From contig OZ024748.1 in NCBI GenBank assembly GCA_964016885.1, positions 47,182,001 through 47,246,000 of the forward strand: a DNA stretch of 64,000 nucleotides. The letters are read 5' to 3'. Shown in pieces: positions 1 through 14,829 of the stretch. Numbering within the stretch: position 1 is the first letter of the stretch; each line of letters starts with the position of its first letter. Source of the stretch: Eledone cirrhosa (Eukaryota). A model generated the notes under the pieces. That model was not told the origin of the DNA. It saw only the letters and a program-made list of their open reading frames with translations, and made no database searches. Made by a program: the position numbers and the translations under genes.

Positions 1-68
1 TATATATATATGTTGATTTAACACTTCACTGCTCGCAAGTGTTTTTTAAGCTTCCTATCATGTCTCCT

Positions 69-139
69 TATTTTATCTGATGAGAACACAAATATCATCC
101 CATGGTGATATTTGTTTTTGAAATGCGCATAATAAAATA
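69..139 (+). ncRNA. Type I hammerhead ribozyme motif (PLE-type, minimal palindromic helix III)
   Basis: tattttat-CTGATGA-gaacacaaatatca..tgatatttgttttt-GAAA-tgcgca-TA-ataaaata. Helix I is tattttat/ataaaata, helix II is long, and helix III is the palindrome tgcgca. It lies in a ~160 bp insert between (TA)n tracts. Confidence 0.8.
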
Positions 140-169
140 CTTGGAACTCTTTTAACCATCTTTTGATCT

Positions 170-231
<62 letters not shown>

Positions 232-240
<9 letters not shown>

Positions 241-473
241 TAAACGGAATAGAAAATGCTGACAAATTGTTCACAGTTGAAAAATGGTTTAATTAGGAAT
301 AAAAGAGTATTAGTGATTGTATGGGTTAAAACCACAACTGAATACTAACCCATACAATCACTAATACTCTTTTATTCCTAATTAAACCATTTTTCAACTT
401 TTTAACAATTTGTCAGCATTTTCTATTCCGTTTACCAATATATAATAACTTGTGTGTTACACCTCTATTCTTT

Positions 474-477
<4 letters not shown>
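232..477. repeat. Fold-back insert in (TA)n (arms ~232-328 / 346-442, plus a short unique tail)
   Basis: ttggtaaacggaatag...atgggtta is mirrored by taacccat...ctattccgtttaccaa, with (TA)n on both sides. Confidence 0.85.
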
Positions 478-532
<55 letters not shown>

Positions 533-534
<2 letters not shown>

Positions 535-652
535 AAGGCGGGTAAAATTCCCGAGATGCATGGACGAGTTCTCTCCAGCGGTCTCTGTCCCTCATTATCG
601 CTGCCATGTCCTGCATCTCCAACAGACCAGTGTCTGTCCTTAGGGCATCAAC
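533..652 (-). mobile_element. 3' end fragment of RTE-like LINE with (TA)n tail
   Basis: The minus strand translates VDALRTDTGLLEMQDMAAIMRDRDRWRELVHASREFYPP*. A second, longer copy at 36621-36770 adds GRGRPRLTY. Confidence 0.65.
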
Positions 653-663
653 ATATATATATA

Positions 664-835
664 TTAGAATTGGCGCCCTGAAATAGCGATATATATATGA
701 ATGTCTATATAGTGTATTTTGCTATACACTGTATGCTTAATTACAAACATTTGGAAGACCTTACGTTATCATAGCGTAAGGTCTCCAAAGTGGTTTTAAT
801 TAAGCATATAGTGTATTCCAAAATACACTATATAT
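664..835. repeat. Fold-back insert, same family as 18947-19800
   Basis: atagtgtattttg..tatgcttaatta..gaccttacg / cgtaaggtc..taattaagcata..caaaatacactat. Shares ttagaattgg..ctgaaatagc and tatgcttaatta with 19230-19330. Confidence 0.75.
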
Positions 836-971
836 ATACACACACACATACATATATATATATACATACATACATATATTTATATATATGTATATACATT
901 TATATATATACATATATATACATACATACATACATATATATACATACATACATACATACATACATGCATAG

Positions 972-1012
<41 letters not shown>

Positions 1013-1041
1013 TAATAATAATAATAAATTTGAAGACTAAA

Positions 1042-1130
<89 letters not shown>

Positions 1131-1172
1131 TATATGATGTGAGAAAAACCATAGACCCTCCATCTCAACTCA

Positions 1173-1210
1173 CCTTTTGAAAAGCAGAATAACTACGAAA
1201 CCGGTAAAGG
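1173..1210 (+). ncRNA. Type I hammerhead motif with U3-A8 core variant
   Basis: cctt-TTGAAAA-gcag-aataa-ctac-GAAA-ccgg-TA-aagg. Helix I is cctt/aagg, helix II is gcag/ctac (1 mismatch), and helix III is the palindrome ccgg. Confidence 0.6.
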
Positions 1211-1341
1211 AACCAAATAAATATATATATTTAAAAAAAAAATAAGACTTCAGTTGCATTTTCGATTTCATCTCTTTTTCTTTATACTTCCACTCGTGTA
1301 GGACACCTCGGTTGTTTTTCATTTTGTAAAAAAAACCTCAC

Positions 1342-1389
<48 letters not shown>

Positions 1390-1823
1390 TAGTGCTAAGC
1401 CAATATCTATTTTTGCAAGACACCAATGTATACAGGCAACAATTATTTATTCAACACAACAATTAAACATACACTTCAAATACTCAGTTACTATATATAC
1501 AATTAATTTTCAGGATTAATGACAGTAAATATCCGACGCTTATTCCTATTTTCTCATAAAAATCACATCCCTGTTCTTCATCGTTTTCAGTAAATAAAAT
1601 ACTGGCTTTCGCTCTTTTGACAGTATCATTTACAATCTATATCTATTATATTACTCTACTATGAAGTCAGAATTATATACAATGATATTATGTGAGAAAA
1701 AATACGCTATCTAACTTCATAGAATAAGCTTTAAAGTTATTTCAAAGAAACCATATTGACTTCATACATCATTAAATTTCTTTAATATCACTGAATAATA
1801 TGTGGATTCTTTAGATTTGTATA

Positions 1824-1926
<103 letters not shown>

Positions 1927-2141
1927 TATATGTATACATACAATATCTCTTTCTGTCTATACATATATATATGTATACATACAATATCTCTTTCTGTCTA
2001 TACATATATATATATATAATCATTTCTCTCAACGCCTGGCATATGATACATATGTGGAGGGAATACATACATATACATGTACCTAGATATATGTGTATAT
2101 ATTTGTATATATATATAAATATAAATATCTATATATAAATA

Positions 2142-2214
<73 letters not shown>

Positions 2215-2261
2215 TTCTATATATAAATATATATGTATATATATATATATATATAAATTTC

Positions 2262-2320
<59 letters not shown>

Positions 2321-2326
<6 letters not shown>

Positions 2327-2453
2327 AATATGGTTTTATAAATATAGTTTCCATTTATTTAATATCGTAAATATACTCCAAATACTTGTTGAGTGCTTTT
2401 ATATCAGTTATAAATATTTACTAGTTGTAACCCAACAATTTAAATATAACTTT

Positions 2454-2456
<3 letters not shown>
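2321..2456 (+). mobile_element. 3' end fragment of a dispersed PLE-like family ('family C') between (TA)n tracts
   Basis: aataaatatggttttataaatatagtttccatttatttaatatcg recurs at ~28806, 36514 and 37179. Confidence 0.7.
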
Positions 2457-2499
<43 letters not shown>

Positions 2500-2514
2500 T
2501 TCTATATATAAATA

Positions 2515-2550
<36 letters not shown>

Positions 2551-2554
<4 letters not shown>

Positions 2555-2733
2555 CGAGTAGGACCCCGACGGCTGAGCTCAAGCCGTTTCGACGGCTAAC
2601 CAGAATTAGCCGTCGAAACGGCTTGAGCTCAGCCGTCGGGGTCCTACTCGTTCATATTACCCACTCTACTACCATAAGTATTGAGTACTTTGGTGCGTTA
2701 TGGTCCATCTGGTTCCTTACCACATTTCCTTCG

Positions 2734-2735
<2 letters not shown>
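2551..2735. mobile_element. Fold-back made of the 3' end of the Neptune element at 16667-18716 ('family A')
   Basis: Arms 2551-2599 / 2606-2655. It contains the hammerhead 3' half GAAAcggct-tgagctc-agccgTCgggg and ends ...ccttcgtta(ta)n, matching the 16667 end. Confidence 0.85.
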
Positions 2736-2792
<57 letters not shown>

Positions 2793-3729
2793 TGATTATA
2801 TATGTTTGTGTGTGTGTTATTTATGTAAGTATGTATGCAAGTATGTAAGCATGTATGTATGCGTATATGCATTTATATATGTATGATATAGGCATGTGTA
2901 AGTGTTTATTCCACAATTTCAACTTCTTCAAAAACCATATATTATCTATATCAAATATATCAATATAACTCTGAAGGTGGTCTCTAAAAAGAGACCGGAA
3001 TAATTCATGAAATGTGATCCAACATTCTTGGACCGTTTATAAATTCATTCTTCTACAGACACAAATACACACACAGTTACAGACAGACATACACACACGC
3101 ACACACATTCACACACACACACCCACACACAAACATATATATATATATTATATCTTTATATATATAAATATATCTTTATACATATATAAATATAAATAAA
3201 TATATATATATTATTTTATTTTTTACACATCAAAATGATTCTTTTATAAATATATATATATATATATATATGCATTTCCAAATCTTTTGTCATTATATAT
3301 TTTACTCTCTCTCTCCCTCTCTCTGCCTCCCTCCCTCTGCCTCCCCCTTCTTTCTCACTCTCTTTCGCCTTCCATTTTCTTTGTTATCTCAATCAAAAAT
3401 CTATTGATGCATTCAGTTCAAAAGATTTACAAGGCTCTGTAGTCTCTACTTCAATTCTTCAATTCTTCATATAGATGATTCTTCTGAGCTGGAGTCAATC
3501 AAAATGGTATAAATATCTCATCAGGAATTGACAACAACAACAACAACAACAACAACAGCAGCAACAATAACAACAATGTATTTAAATGAGAGAAAAGACG
3601 TTTCGAGAAGTAGAAAAAAATCTTAAAAGAAGAATGACAAATATAGTGAAAGAGAATATAATGAAGAAATGAAAAAAAAGTATATATGCAACAACAACAA
3701 CTACAGCAACATCAGCAACAGCTGACTGG

Positions 3730-3730
3730 A

Positions 3731-3795
<65 letters not shown>

Positions 3796-3851
3796 ATATT
3801 AGTAGTAGTAGTAGTAGTAGATGTAGTAGTAGCAGTAGAAGCAGTTGTATC

Positions 3852-3903
<52 letters not shown>

Positions 3904-3925
3904 ACAATGTTAGTAGTAGTAGCAG
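3730..3925. repeat. (TAG)n microsatellite
   Basis: Direct trinucleotide run with a few interruptions. Confidence 0.95.
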
Positions 3926-4066
3926 TGGTGGTTGTTGGTGTTGGTGTGGTGGTGATGGTGGTTTAGTGCTACCGATAGTGCTTGGTATGTGTAGCAGTGA
4001 TACGGTTTCAACATTTAAACAATTTAGGTGGTCGTAGGATGTGGATTATATACAAATATATAGTTG

Positions 4067-4240
4067 TATCTAGTTTTGGGCACAAGGTCAGCAATTACCC
4101 AGTACATTACAGGTACTTTATTTTATCGACCCCGTAAGGATGAAAGGCAAAGTTAACCTCGGCGGGATTTGAACTCAGAATGGCAAGGGCGGTAACTCTA
4201 TGCGTCAAATATGGCGTCTGACCCTCTACCGATACTGCGT
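4067..4240 (-). mobile_element. tRNA-derived SINE (octopod-like family)
   Basis: Reverse complement of the 11346-11535 copy: ggcacaaggtcagcaatt..ggtactttattttatcgacccc..gatgaaaggcaaagttaacctcggcgggatttgaactcaga. Confidence 0.85.
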
Positions 4241-4303
4241 GGTAGAACACTGGAAGGTAATATCCGTAGTGGTAGAGCACTCAGTCCATGGGACGAGTTA
4301 GGT

Positions 4304-4590
4304 AGAAGTGGTTACACAACAGTTAGTTCACCATACCGAGAACAATCGTTTCACATTAGCGGATCCTCAGCTCGTAATGGACATGGTTATACGGAACGGG
4401 AAGGACAGCCGTACGAACGCGCATGCGCAGAAACTGTCACTTCACTCAGGCAATACTAAATTGCGTGCGACAGGTGTAAGGGAGTTCGCAGTTATCTCCC
4501 TTACACCTCTCGCACGCAATTTAGTAACAGAGGATCCGCTAAGATGAAACAATTGTTCTCGGTATGGCAAACTAACTGTTGTGTAACCAC

Positions 4591-4594
<4 letters not shown>
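4304..4594. repeat. Fold-back insert (arms 4304-4368 / 4530-4594, ~160 bp spacer)
   Basis: agaagtggttacacaacagttag..gcggatcctc is mirrored by gaggatccgc..ctaactgttgtgtaaccacttct. Confidence 0.85.
4331..4380 (-). ncRNA. Type I hammerhead motif
   Basis: Minus strand: ccattacgag-CTGAGGA-tccgctaatgt-GAAA-cgattg-TT-ctcggtatgg. The other arm has the palindromic helix III caattg. Helix II is weak. Confidence 0.55.
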
Positions 4595-4632
<38 letters not shown>

Positions 4633-4654
4633 ATATATATATATATATAAATAT

Positions 4655-5197
4655 AAAATTGGCGAGAATCGAATTTCAGCTCAGGAATTAACGAAAAACA
4701 CTTCCGAGTTGTGTGGCAAGCGCTCGATAATTCATATGAATTAGAGCTACAACATACGTTAAAGGCCAAACACACTGAGATGGTGGGTAAACTAATCATC
4801 CGCACAGCCAAAAAAAAAACGATCAAGCAATTCGGGTCAAACAAATAAAAATATATGTGATTGAAAATTTACCCGGACCCCTGGAGATGGTAAAATCCAG
4901 TATTTGGGTTTCTGCGGCTCCATAAATCAATTACTGTCCGCTTATATAAAGAATGTTAGGCTTCTGGTGAGATGATTGAACAAGGAAGCCACTTTTTCAA
5001 CGGGATTCTGCTCAAATGTTATACATAAGTGTGACTATTACTGACCCCACGTGGAGTTCAGCAAGAGAGGCAACACCTGTATTAGTAATAGCCGTCGAAA
5101 CGGCTTGAGCGCTGCCGTCGGGGTTAAACATTTACCCACTCTACTACTCTAAGTATTGAGTATTCTGGTGCGTCTGGTCCATAACACACCTCCTTCG

Positions 5198-5200
<3 letters not shown>
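4655..5200. mobile_element. Dispersed repeat ending in a family-A-like PLE 3' end
   Basis: 4655-4900 is homologous (reverse) to 60910-61190. 5089-5200 carries gccgtcgaaacggcttgagcgctgccgtcgggg...ccttcgtta(ta)n. Confidence 0.65.
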
Positions 5201-5280
<80 letters not shown>

Positions 5281-5639
5281 TATATCTTTGTTGGGTTTTT
5301 TTCAATAAACAAATATCATTATTTCTGAAGACAGCATATATATGTGTAGGTATGTATATTCCCTCTGATAGTTTGTAAAAATTTTACATAGATCTATATG
5401 ATATACATACCAACACATACATATATTTCCTAGAAACGATCGTAAAATGATGAATTTTTTAATATAAGGAACTGTTTCTTTGTTTTTATTCATTATTTTT
5501 ATTAATTTATCTTGACTCTGTTTTCCTGTGTTTTTCATCGAAAAAATTTTGAATACATCTTCTCTTTTCATGATATTTGGATTACATTGAGTTCTTCATA
5601 CGGATTAGACACTACCGTATATTTTGGTAGATTTATCTA

Positions 5640-5715
<76 letters not shown>

Positions 5716-5720
<5 letters not shown>

Positions 5721-6049
5721 AAATAACAGATTAAAGTTTAAGCAAAGAATCGGTGCTTTCACCCTTAACGGGATCTTCTGAAACTAACAAAGTCAATCTG
5801 TAAACGCAGAACTGGATATTTCAAAAAACGTTGCAACCGGAGGACGTTTTTTGAAATATCCAGTTCTGCGTTTACAGATTGACTTTGTTAGTTTCAGAAG
5901 ATCCCGTTAAGGGTGAAAGCAGCGATTCTTTGCTTAAACTTTAATCTGTTATTTTAATAAATATTTGCTCTACGGTTCTTATATATTTGATATATATTTT
6001 CCTTATCGAGCCCTCGTTGGATTTTAGTATTCAATTTTATTATTATTAC
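5716..6049. repeat. Fold-back insert in (TA)n (arms 5716-5831 / 5844-5959, plus a tail)
   Basis: Near-perfect 115 bp inverted arms with a 12 bp spacer. Contains a degenerate hammerhead-like cagaaga-tccc..gggt-gaaa. Confidence 0.9.
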
Positions 6050-6348
6050 TATATATATATATATTTATATATGTATGTATATATGTGTATGTAAAAGCAA
6101 TAACAAAACTAACTAAACAAACAGCACAGTTCATGGAAGAAATATATTAGTTTAAAGTTTGAAATACAAGTAATAGAGTCATATCGGTTCGGACACTAGT
6201 CCTTCATCAGAAGACAGATTTAGAAATAGAAGATAAGTAGAAAGTAAAGAGTGTTGAGAGGAGATGAGGGGACCGGGAAAATAAAATAAAAATTGGGGAG
6301 AAAAAACATTCACTTTCATATTCAGACGGCCATCTTAGAGAATAAACC

Positions 6349-6390
<42 letters not shown>

Positions 6391-6427
6391 TATTCAGTCG
6401 TCCATCGAGGCTCATGAATAATATGTA

Positions 6428-6494
<67 letters not shown>

Positions 6495-6849
6495 CGTATA
6501 TATGTATATGTGTGTGTAATTATATAAATGTATGTATGAGTGTGTATGTACGTTTCTCTGCCTATATCATGTATCTTATGTATGCATGCGTATTCCTTTC
6601 ATTCTTCCTTCAGACCTCAATTTCTAAGAGAATCTTAGGGGCGCCATCATGATATTCAACGTGTTTTGGGCATTATTTAAATCACGTGGAGTCCGTGTCA
6701 CCAGAATATACATGTATCACGTTGATATGTATGTCTTGATTGATTCTATATTCATATCGTTTGCATTATATATAATTCATGTAAGTGCATACGCGTGTTT
6801 CTGTGTGTATTTTACAAATAAAAATACACAGACGCAGAGATACACATAG

Positions 6850-6888
<39 letters not shown>

Positions 6889-6892
6889 TGTG

Positions 6893-6969
<77 letters not shown>

Positions 6970-8205
6970 GAGGGAGAGAGAGAGAGAGAATGTGTGTGTT
7001 TATATGTGTAAAAATACAAACATAAAAACACACACCCAGAGTCACGCACACACACATATATACACACAGATATAAATATATATATATATATATATACAGA
7101 TATTGTTTTCGTTTATGTGTGTACACCTAAACACACTAACACCGAAATGCATTCACACATACTTATATATATTTATATAGAACATATGTGTGTTTAGGTG
7201 TGTAAAATACGCACATAAAAACACACACACACACGCACACGCAGATACAGACACACAGAAACACACCTAAATACACACACAAACACACAGAAATACGTTT
7301 CTATATATCTATATATACAAAGTGTATATGAGTTAAAGTGAGTTAAATAAAACACATCCCAACAAAAATGACGTATGTAATGGAAATCAGAGAAATAAAA
7401 TATACATAATTCTGCAGGTATGTCGTAGAGAAAAATAACCACAGACTTATATAGAAACACATAAGGAAAGGTACATATATATTTACACGCATACTCTATC
7501 CACATATACATACATACATAGACATACACGGAGTCTTACTCATTTCTTTACGTCTATATAAATCCACTACAGTAAATATCCACATATAGTTAAAAAAATC
7601 TTTATCCATAGACTCAGATCTACATATATATTTGTACATATATAGAGATAAATATATATACTTACAGAGCTACTATATATACATAAATATACATAAATAC
7701 ATGTGTATATATTTATACGTGTATTTACTGACATGCATACAATCATATATACAAAACAACATACATCCTTACATACATAAACACATACATATATGCATGC
7801 ATACATAAATACATACATGCATACATACATAAATACATACATATATACATGCATACAAACATAAATACATACATACATAAATACATACATATATACATCC
7901 AAACATACATAAATATATACATATATACATGCATACATACGTAGATATACACAACATACATGCACACATACATGTGTGTATAAGAAAATATGCATATACA
8001 TATACACATAGATGTGAACACTAAGAAACACAAACAAGTTGTCAGATGAAATGGTATTTTTAATGGCTGCCAAAAGTAAACATCTATTTTGGATGTCATG
8101 TTGAAAGTATGGTGAGAACGTCATTGGAGAAGACAGACGGCGTAGGATAAAGCAGGCAAATTAATGGATTATAAATATCATAAGATATTTACATTGTATA
8201 TATAT

Positions 8206-8265
<60 letters not shown>

Positions 8266-8566
8266 TAAAATGTATACATAATAATACGTATATATAATAT
8301 AAATATATATATCTATATATATAATATACATATGTTTATATATATATATATTTGTGTGTGTATATATATATGTCTGTGTTTTGATGTATACGTGTTTGAC
8401 GTTGTATTCTAGTGTTATAAAGCAAGTTTCTCAAAATACGGAATCATTATGTATACATGCATAAAATCATATATTGAATTTCTGTGTGTATATTAACTAT
8501 TTTGAATATATTAAAGTATGATCTTAAATATAAAGACATATTTTGATGCATACATATATACATGGT

Positions 8567-8653
<87 letters not shown>

Positions 8654-8884
8654 TTATTTATTTATTTATGCATTAAGCATTCAAATATGTATGTACTATG
8701 TTGTAAGCGTGCATGTATTGTGCAGATATTTTGAAGATGTGTACTTGCATATGTGTAAATGTGTATATATTAATATTTCTATATGTTCCTGATTATATAT
8801 GTGTGTGTGTGTATGTGTTAGTATCTGTGTGTGTGTTTGTTTGTGTGTTGGTATGCACAACTGATTATGCATGATTATATATTT

Positions 8885-8963
<79 letters not shown>

Positions 8964-9264
8964 GATATATATATATAGTGATAAGGTATAATTCTTATTG
9001 AAAATAGATTTATTCTATATTGTAATATTTATAAACCTGTCTCTATTAGTGTATATGTACGCGCAGATATATGTATGTATGCGTTCCATTATGTGCATTT
9101 ATGGTGCATTCACATGCATTTGCATGCATTAGCTGCCTAATTTGCCACATGCTCGCCTTCACTTCAAATATTCCAAAATCACCTGAATTGAAGTAGAAAC
9201 TATAAAACTATAATTGAAGCCCCAGGCATAATATATGATATATATATATATGTGTGTGTGTGTG

Positions 9265-9295
<31 letters not shown>

Positions 9296-9538
9296 GCATG
9301 TATGTATGGATATGTATATATGTATATGTAAATATGTATATGTATATGTAAATATGTATATGTATATATGCATATGTATAATGAGAGAGAAAAATATAGA
9401 TATGAATAAACATATGCACACACATGTATATTTATATACATATATTGCAAATATAAACGAACATACATACATGGTATCGGCGAAACTCCAGATTAACAAG
9501 GCCGACTATTTAGCTGTCTACTATATACGAACATATAA

Positions 9539-9571
<33 letters not shown>

Positions 9572-9642
9572 CTTAAGTATATATGTATGTGTATATAAAT
9601 ATTCATTCAAATGCTTGGACGTCGGGAGGCGACTCTCATCAT

Positions 9643-9723
<81 letters not shown>

Positions 9724-10753
9724 TAGGTGTGTATACTTCACTTATTCCATGGAAACATTAAATATGGAGTTATCCACAAAATTGGCTCCTAGAACGATTT
9801 TTGTACATAGAACTATTCTAACATTGTGGCCGTATTGGCTAGACAGTAATTACAACCACTTGCGTTTGAAGAATAAAACAACAAATTTCTGAGATTTTTT
9901 AAAATGCTGGGGTCATTGCTAAAGAATATTTATCTTATAACGTACCAGTCTTTTTTTTCTTTGTTACTTTATTTTGTATTTGTATGTTTTGGGGGTATGT
10001 TTGCTTCGTTACTTTCATTTTTTTTGTTTTATTCGTTATTTTTTTGGTGAAGTACCACGCTCCGAAACGTTGAACTGTGCTCTGTTTCTTTCATTCAGTA
10101 TAAAATATCCTCGTTTTTATATGCAGTTTCCGTTGCTTTAGTATTTTTATTATAGAATAATCGTTATATTTTCAAGAAATAAATGCAAAATATATTCAGG
10201 ATGTCATGAGGACATGTTGTTAGATTCATCAGATTTTCTAAAGATATAAATATTTTTCATTGTACCCCCAAAATATGAGCTGTAATGTAATTCTGTAAAA
10301 TTATTACCATTTTTACATTCAGTTCTCTTATTCGGCAAATATCAGGGAAAAAGAATACGTTTTACCATTTTCTTCTGCCATAGCAGGACCTTAATTATGC
10401 AGATCCTGTTAAGGCTGTTATTTTACATGACATATCTTTGCGTCATCTTCTTCATTACCATTTTGTTGAACGCAATATTGAAGAACTGACAATGTCATGT
10501 CAGTGGAAAGCCTCCAGCAAACATAATGAATAAATTCCTCCCCCAAGACGACTAAAACTTTGCTGTTTGACGCCAAAGTTTTTTAAAAAACTGAAGCTTA
10601 ACAAAAATTGTCTTCAGCATTGCGCCCATATATCTATACACTTAAATGCACTACACGTCTAACTAAATATATATTTTAACCATCTATATTTATATCTCTT
10701 TATCTACCGCGTATCTATCTTTATTTATCATTCAATGCATTATTTATAATATA

Positions 10754-10822
<69 letters not shown>

Positions 10823-10825
<3 letters not shown>

Positions 10826-10950
10826 AAGAAACTGGTTAGACCATCACTCATGAGAGTACTTGGTTCTTGGGTTAGTAGAGTATGGGTACAAGACACAGAT
10901 GTCTGGAACTAGCTGTTGAAACGGCAAGAGCTCAGCCGTCGGGGCCCGAT
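10823..10950. mobile_element. Decayed family-A PLE 3' end pieces (inverted + direct)
   Basis: tgagagtacttggttcttgggttagtagagtatgggta resembles 16710-16745, and gaaacggcaagagctcagccgtcgggg resembles the family-A hammerhead half. Confidence 0.55.
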
Positions 10951-10976
10951 TTTTATATATACACACATATATATAC

Positions 10977-11011
<35 letters not shown>

Positions 11012-11014
11012 CGT

Positions 11015-11050
<36 letters not shown>

Positions 11051-11345
11051 ATTTGTGTGTGGGATGAGTGTGGGTTTGTATTTGTATATGTGAGAGTGTG
11101 TATTTATATATATGTGTAAGTAGGTATGTGTGATATTTGGAATATAGTCACCACACTGCAGATAACTATAACAATATATATATTCACTATAAATATCTTT
11201 GAAAATTACCCATCCATATGAAAACAGTGGATAGAGCGACGTATTACCATTCAAACCACTCACTTACTCTATGGCGTGCAAGAGCTTTCTGTCTATTAAT
11301 AAAGTTATCTGCAATGTGGCGACTATATTATATTTATCAGTCCAT

Positions 11346-11535
11346 GGCGGTGGATTGGCAGTATTGGTACAGGGTCGGATGCCCTGCTTTGACGCATAGA
11401 GTTACGGCCCTTGCCATTCTGAGTTCAAATCCCGCCGAGGTTAACTTTGCCTTTCATCCTTACAGGGTCGATAAAATAAAGTACCAGTAATACACTGGGT
11501 AATTGCTGGCCTTGTGCCTAACGTAGAAACAATTA
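11346..11535 (+). mobile_element. tRNA-derived SINE, near full length
   Basis: ggcggtggattggcagtattgg (A-box-like) ... gagttcaaatcc (B-box) ... cctttcatcc..gggtcgataaaataaagtaccag..ggccttgtgcc..tagaaacaattat. About 10 copies occur in the window. Confidence 0.88.
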
Positions 11536-12053
11536 TATTTATCAATCCATGTATTTAACTATACTACACACCCATGCACACACACACAATATATATATAT
11601 GTGTATATATATATATATATATATACATATATACATATGTATATTTCTATTAATACACATGCCTGGAGATATATATATATATATATAAATATATCTTTAC
11701 ACTCACCCATATATATATACATATTTATATATATATGTGTGTGTGTGTGTGTGTATGTGTGCCAATATGCGTATCAATATACACTTGTATGAATATATGT
11801 ATCTACGCAATATTCTCCACTGACATATCTGTCTATGTCACACCATATATTAACCTATCGATATAGCTTTATATCTATATAACTAACTATATCGATTATT
11901 CACAGTTATATCTGTAGAGCGATAAAGCTAACTATATTCAGAAATCTTCCTTTTCTAAGAGCCCAGAAATTATCTCTCTATCTCATAATCATTTTTTTTT
12001 TTATGTTTCAATTATGTATCCTTTCCTTCTCCCTCTGTATGTATATATATGTG

Positions 12054-12089
<36 letters not shown>

Positions 12090-12183
12090 TGTATGTATAT
12101 ATATATGTATGTATATATATATATACATATATATGTATATATATACGTATATATATAAGTATATATATATGTATATATATATG

Positions 12184-12256
<73 letters not shown>

Positions 12257-12353
12257 ATGTATATATATATATATGTATATATATATGTATATATATGTAT
12301 ATATATATATGTATATATATTTATATATATATATGTATATATATATATGTATG

Positions 12354-12388
<35 letters not shown>

Positions 12389-12395
12389 ATATATG

Positions 12396-12468
<73 letters not shown>

Positions 12469-12556
12469 CGTAGGTCCCGGGTTGAGTCGGGGATAACCAC
12501 AGTAAGTAAGGTACTCAATACATGGAAGAGTAAAAAATTTTTTATTTTATAGAAGG

Positions 12557-12607
12557 AGCTTCTACAGGACTAGTACTGTTTAATTCAGATGAAATCTTCA
12601 GGAAGCT
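12557..12607 (-). ncRNA. Hammerhead motif in the inverted arm (core GAAA mutated to TAAA, likely inactive)
   Basis: Reverse complement: agcttc-CTGAAGA-tttcatctgaat-TAAA-cagtactagtcctg-TA-gaagct. Confidence 0.6.
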
Positions 12608-12889
12608 GGGTGTCATATTAAGTTCTGGTATTTATACATTTAGGTAGTGGTAAGGGAGGGGTGGTGGAAGGGGGGTGGGGGGGGGGGGGTATTTGGGTAC
12701 ACAGGACCACTTCATGGCACAGGCCGTTTTTTCTTTGGGGAGTGGTCAATTAGCCAGAGTGCTTTTTTGAAATAAATAAATAAGTAAATAAATAAATAAA
12801 TAAATAGATAAAAGAATAAATAACTAAAATAAATAAAAAATAAATGAATAAAAATAAATAAATAAAAATCCCAAGAATAGTAATTCAAA

Positions 12890-13880
12890 AACTTAGGCCT
12901 TAGGATTACCTTAGATTCGAACTAACTAAAGCTAACTTCCTAGGCGTTACCCTCGACTTAGAAACTTCCCTTTACTACCCGTACCACAAACCTAATGAAT
13001 CCCTTAGATATATAGACGTTAATTCTAACCACCCCCAAAATATATTAGACAACCTAGTAAAAAGTGTCTCCATTAGGATATCTAGCCTCGCCGCCAATGA
13101 AGATATCTTTAGAGCAGCAGCCCCCTATTACAACGAGGCCCTGGCCGCAGCGGCTTTAGAGATAAGATCACCTACCTTACTATAGCCCCACGCCCACCCA
13201 GGAAGAATAGGCGAAGGCACATTAGCTGGTACAACCCCCCCCCCCCCTTCAACCGAGAAATTTCAACACCTGTAGCTAAAATTTTCTTCACTCTCTTACA
13301 AAAACACTTCCCCACCCAACATAGGTACTATACTATCCTTAATAAGAATACCATTAGACTCTCTTACTCTACCACACCTAATCTTGCTAGAAACTTAGCC
13401 CAACAACAACATCAAGAAGCTAAATAAGTCTACTTTTCCGAAGCCCATCCAGCAACCGATACCAACTGCAATTGCCCTGATAAGACGACCTGCCCTCTCA
13501 ACAACAACTGTCTAAAAAAGATCTCATGTATATATGCGATGTACTCTCAGGCCCCGATGAAAAAAGAAACTCGTACATCGGGATGACTTCAAATAGTTTT
13601 AAGACTCGCTGGTACGCCCACACACATTCGTTCCGACGCCCAGACAAATCTAACCAAACTACACTTGCCGCCCACATCTGGCACCTAAAAAGGAACTCCA
13701 TCCCCTTCAAGACCCAATGGAGACTACTCCAGAGAGCGCGATCATACACGGGTGGCCATAATTGCTGTGACCTCTGTATCTCCGAGAGCTATGAGATTCT
13801 ATTCGCCAAAGGCCCTCTCCTCAACAAGATCTCGGAACACTCCCTAATTGCATGCACAAGAACTATGCAAATTACAAAAA
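12890..13880 (+). pseudogene. Frameshifted PLE ORF: RT C-terminus/thumb, Cys-rich linker, GIY-YIG endonuclease
   Basis: KANFLGVTLDLETSLYYPYHKPNESLRYIDVNSNHP; RRRHISWYNPP; KHFPTQHRYYTILNKNTIRLSYSTTPN; CNCPDKTTCPLNNNC; YICDV..YIGMTSNSFKTRWYAH..CDLCISE..LLNK. Confidence 0.9.
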
Positions 13881-14774
13881 CTACAGACCCCCCCCCCGGC
13901 CCCCCCGACTGACCCCCCCCCCCCATATCACCACCCCACCTCCGCCCCCATCCCATTTCCGTCCCTCCATCTCTCATTATTACCCTCTTTCCTCCCCTCT
14001 ATCTCTCATTGTTACCCTCTTTCCTCCCCTCCAGGTCTTATATATTGTGTTGTATGCCTCTGAGTAAAGTTCCGTGGCCGCACACACAAATTCACGTATA
14101 TACCTGCTCATGTTTGCATACGTGCAGTTATGAACTGCTGCACGCACACGTTCATGATTTATTTATCTATTTAACTGTATATTTATTTATTTATTTATTT
14201 ATTTATTTAGTTACTTTATTTACTTATTTATTTATTTATCCATTTATTTATTTATTTGTTTATTTATTTACTTATTTGCTGGTTTATTTGTTTATCTGTT
14301 TGTTTGTTTGTTTGTTAGTTAACTCATTCATTTATTTATTAATTTATGAGTGAATGATAAGGTAATGAATAGATAAGGGATAAAAGATAGGTAGCGAATA
14401 GTCATTGGTAAATAGTAAGTAGTAAATAATAAATAGTAATTAATTACTTGATGATAATATTAATAACTTAATAGTGACAATTAATTATGTTATCCTCTAT
14501 CAGGCCCAGTTTAAAATTTAAAATTAAAATTTGTCCCACTACCTTTATACTATAGACACATGTATGAGTACGAACGAGTGCGTGTTTGTGCATATGCGTT
14601 TATGTGTACTTATTTGTATGTATGTATGTGTATGTATGCGTGTTTGCTTGTAAACGTGTATGTGTGTGTATGTATATATGTATATATGTATATATATGTA
14701 TGTATATATATATATATATGTGTGTATATATATATATATATGTGTGTGTGTATGGGTATATATATATATATATG

Positions 14775-14829
<55 letters not shown>

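Noticed and set aside
2965-3010. Hammerhead-like ctgaagg-ggtctct/agagacc-ggaa
   Set aside because: It has two core mismatches and no helix I/III. At best it is a decayed relic.
5894-5930. cagaaga-tccc-gttaa-gggt-gaaa as an active hammerhead
   Set aside because: U4 is A in both arms and helix I does not pair, so it is recorded only as part of the fold-back.
11346-11430. tRNA gene
   Set aside because: A/B boxes are present but there is no cloverleaf, and it is part of a multi-copy SINE.
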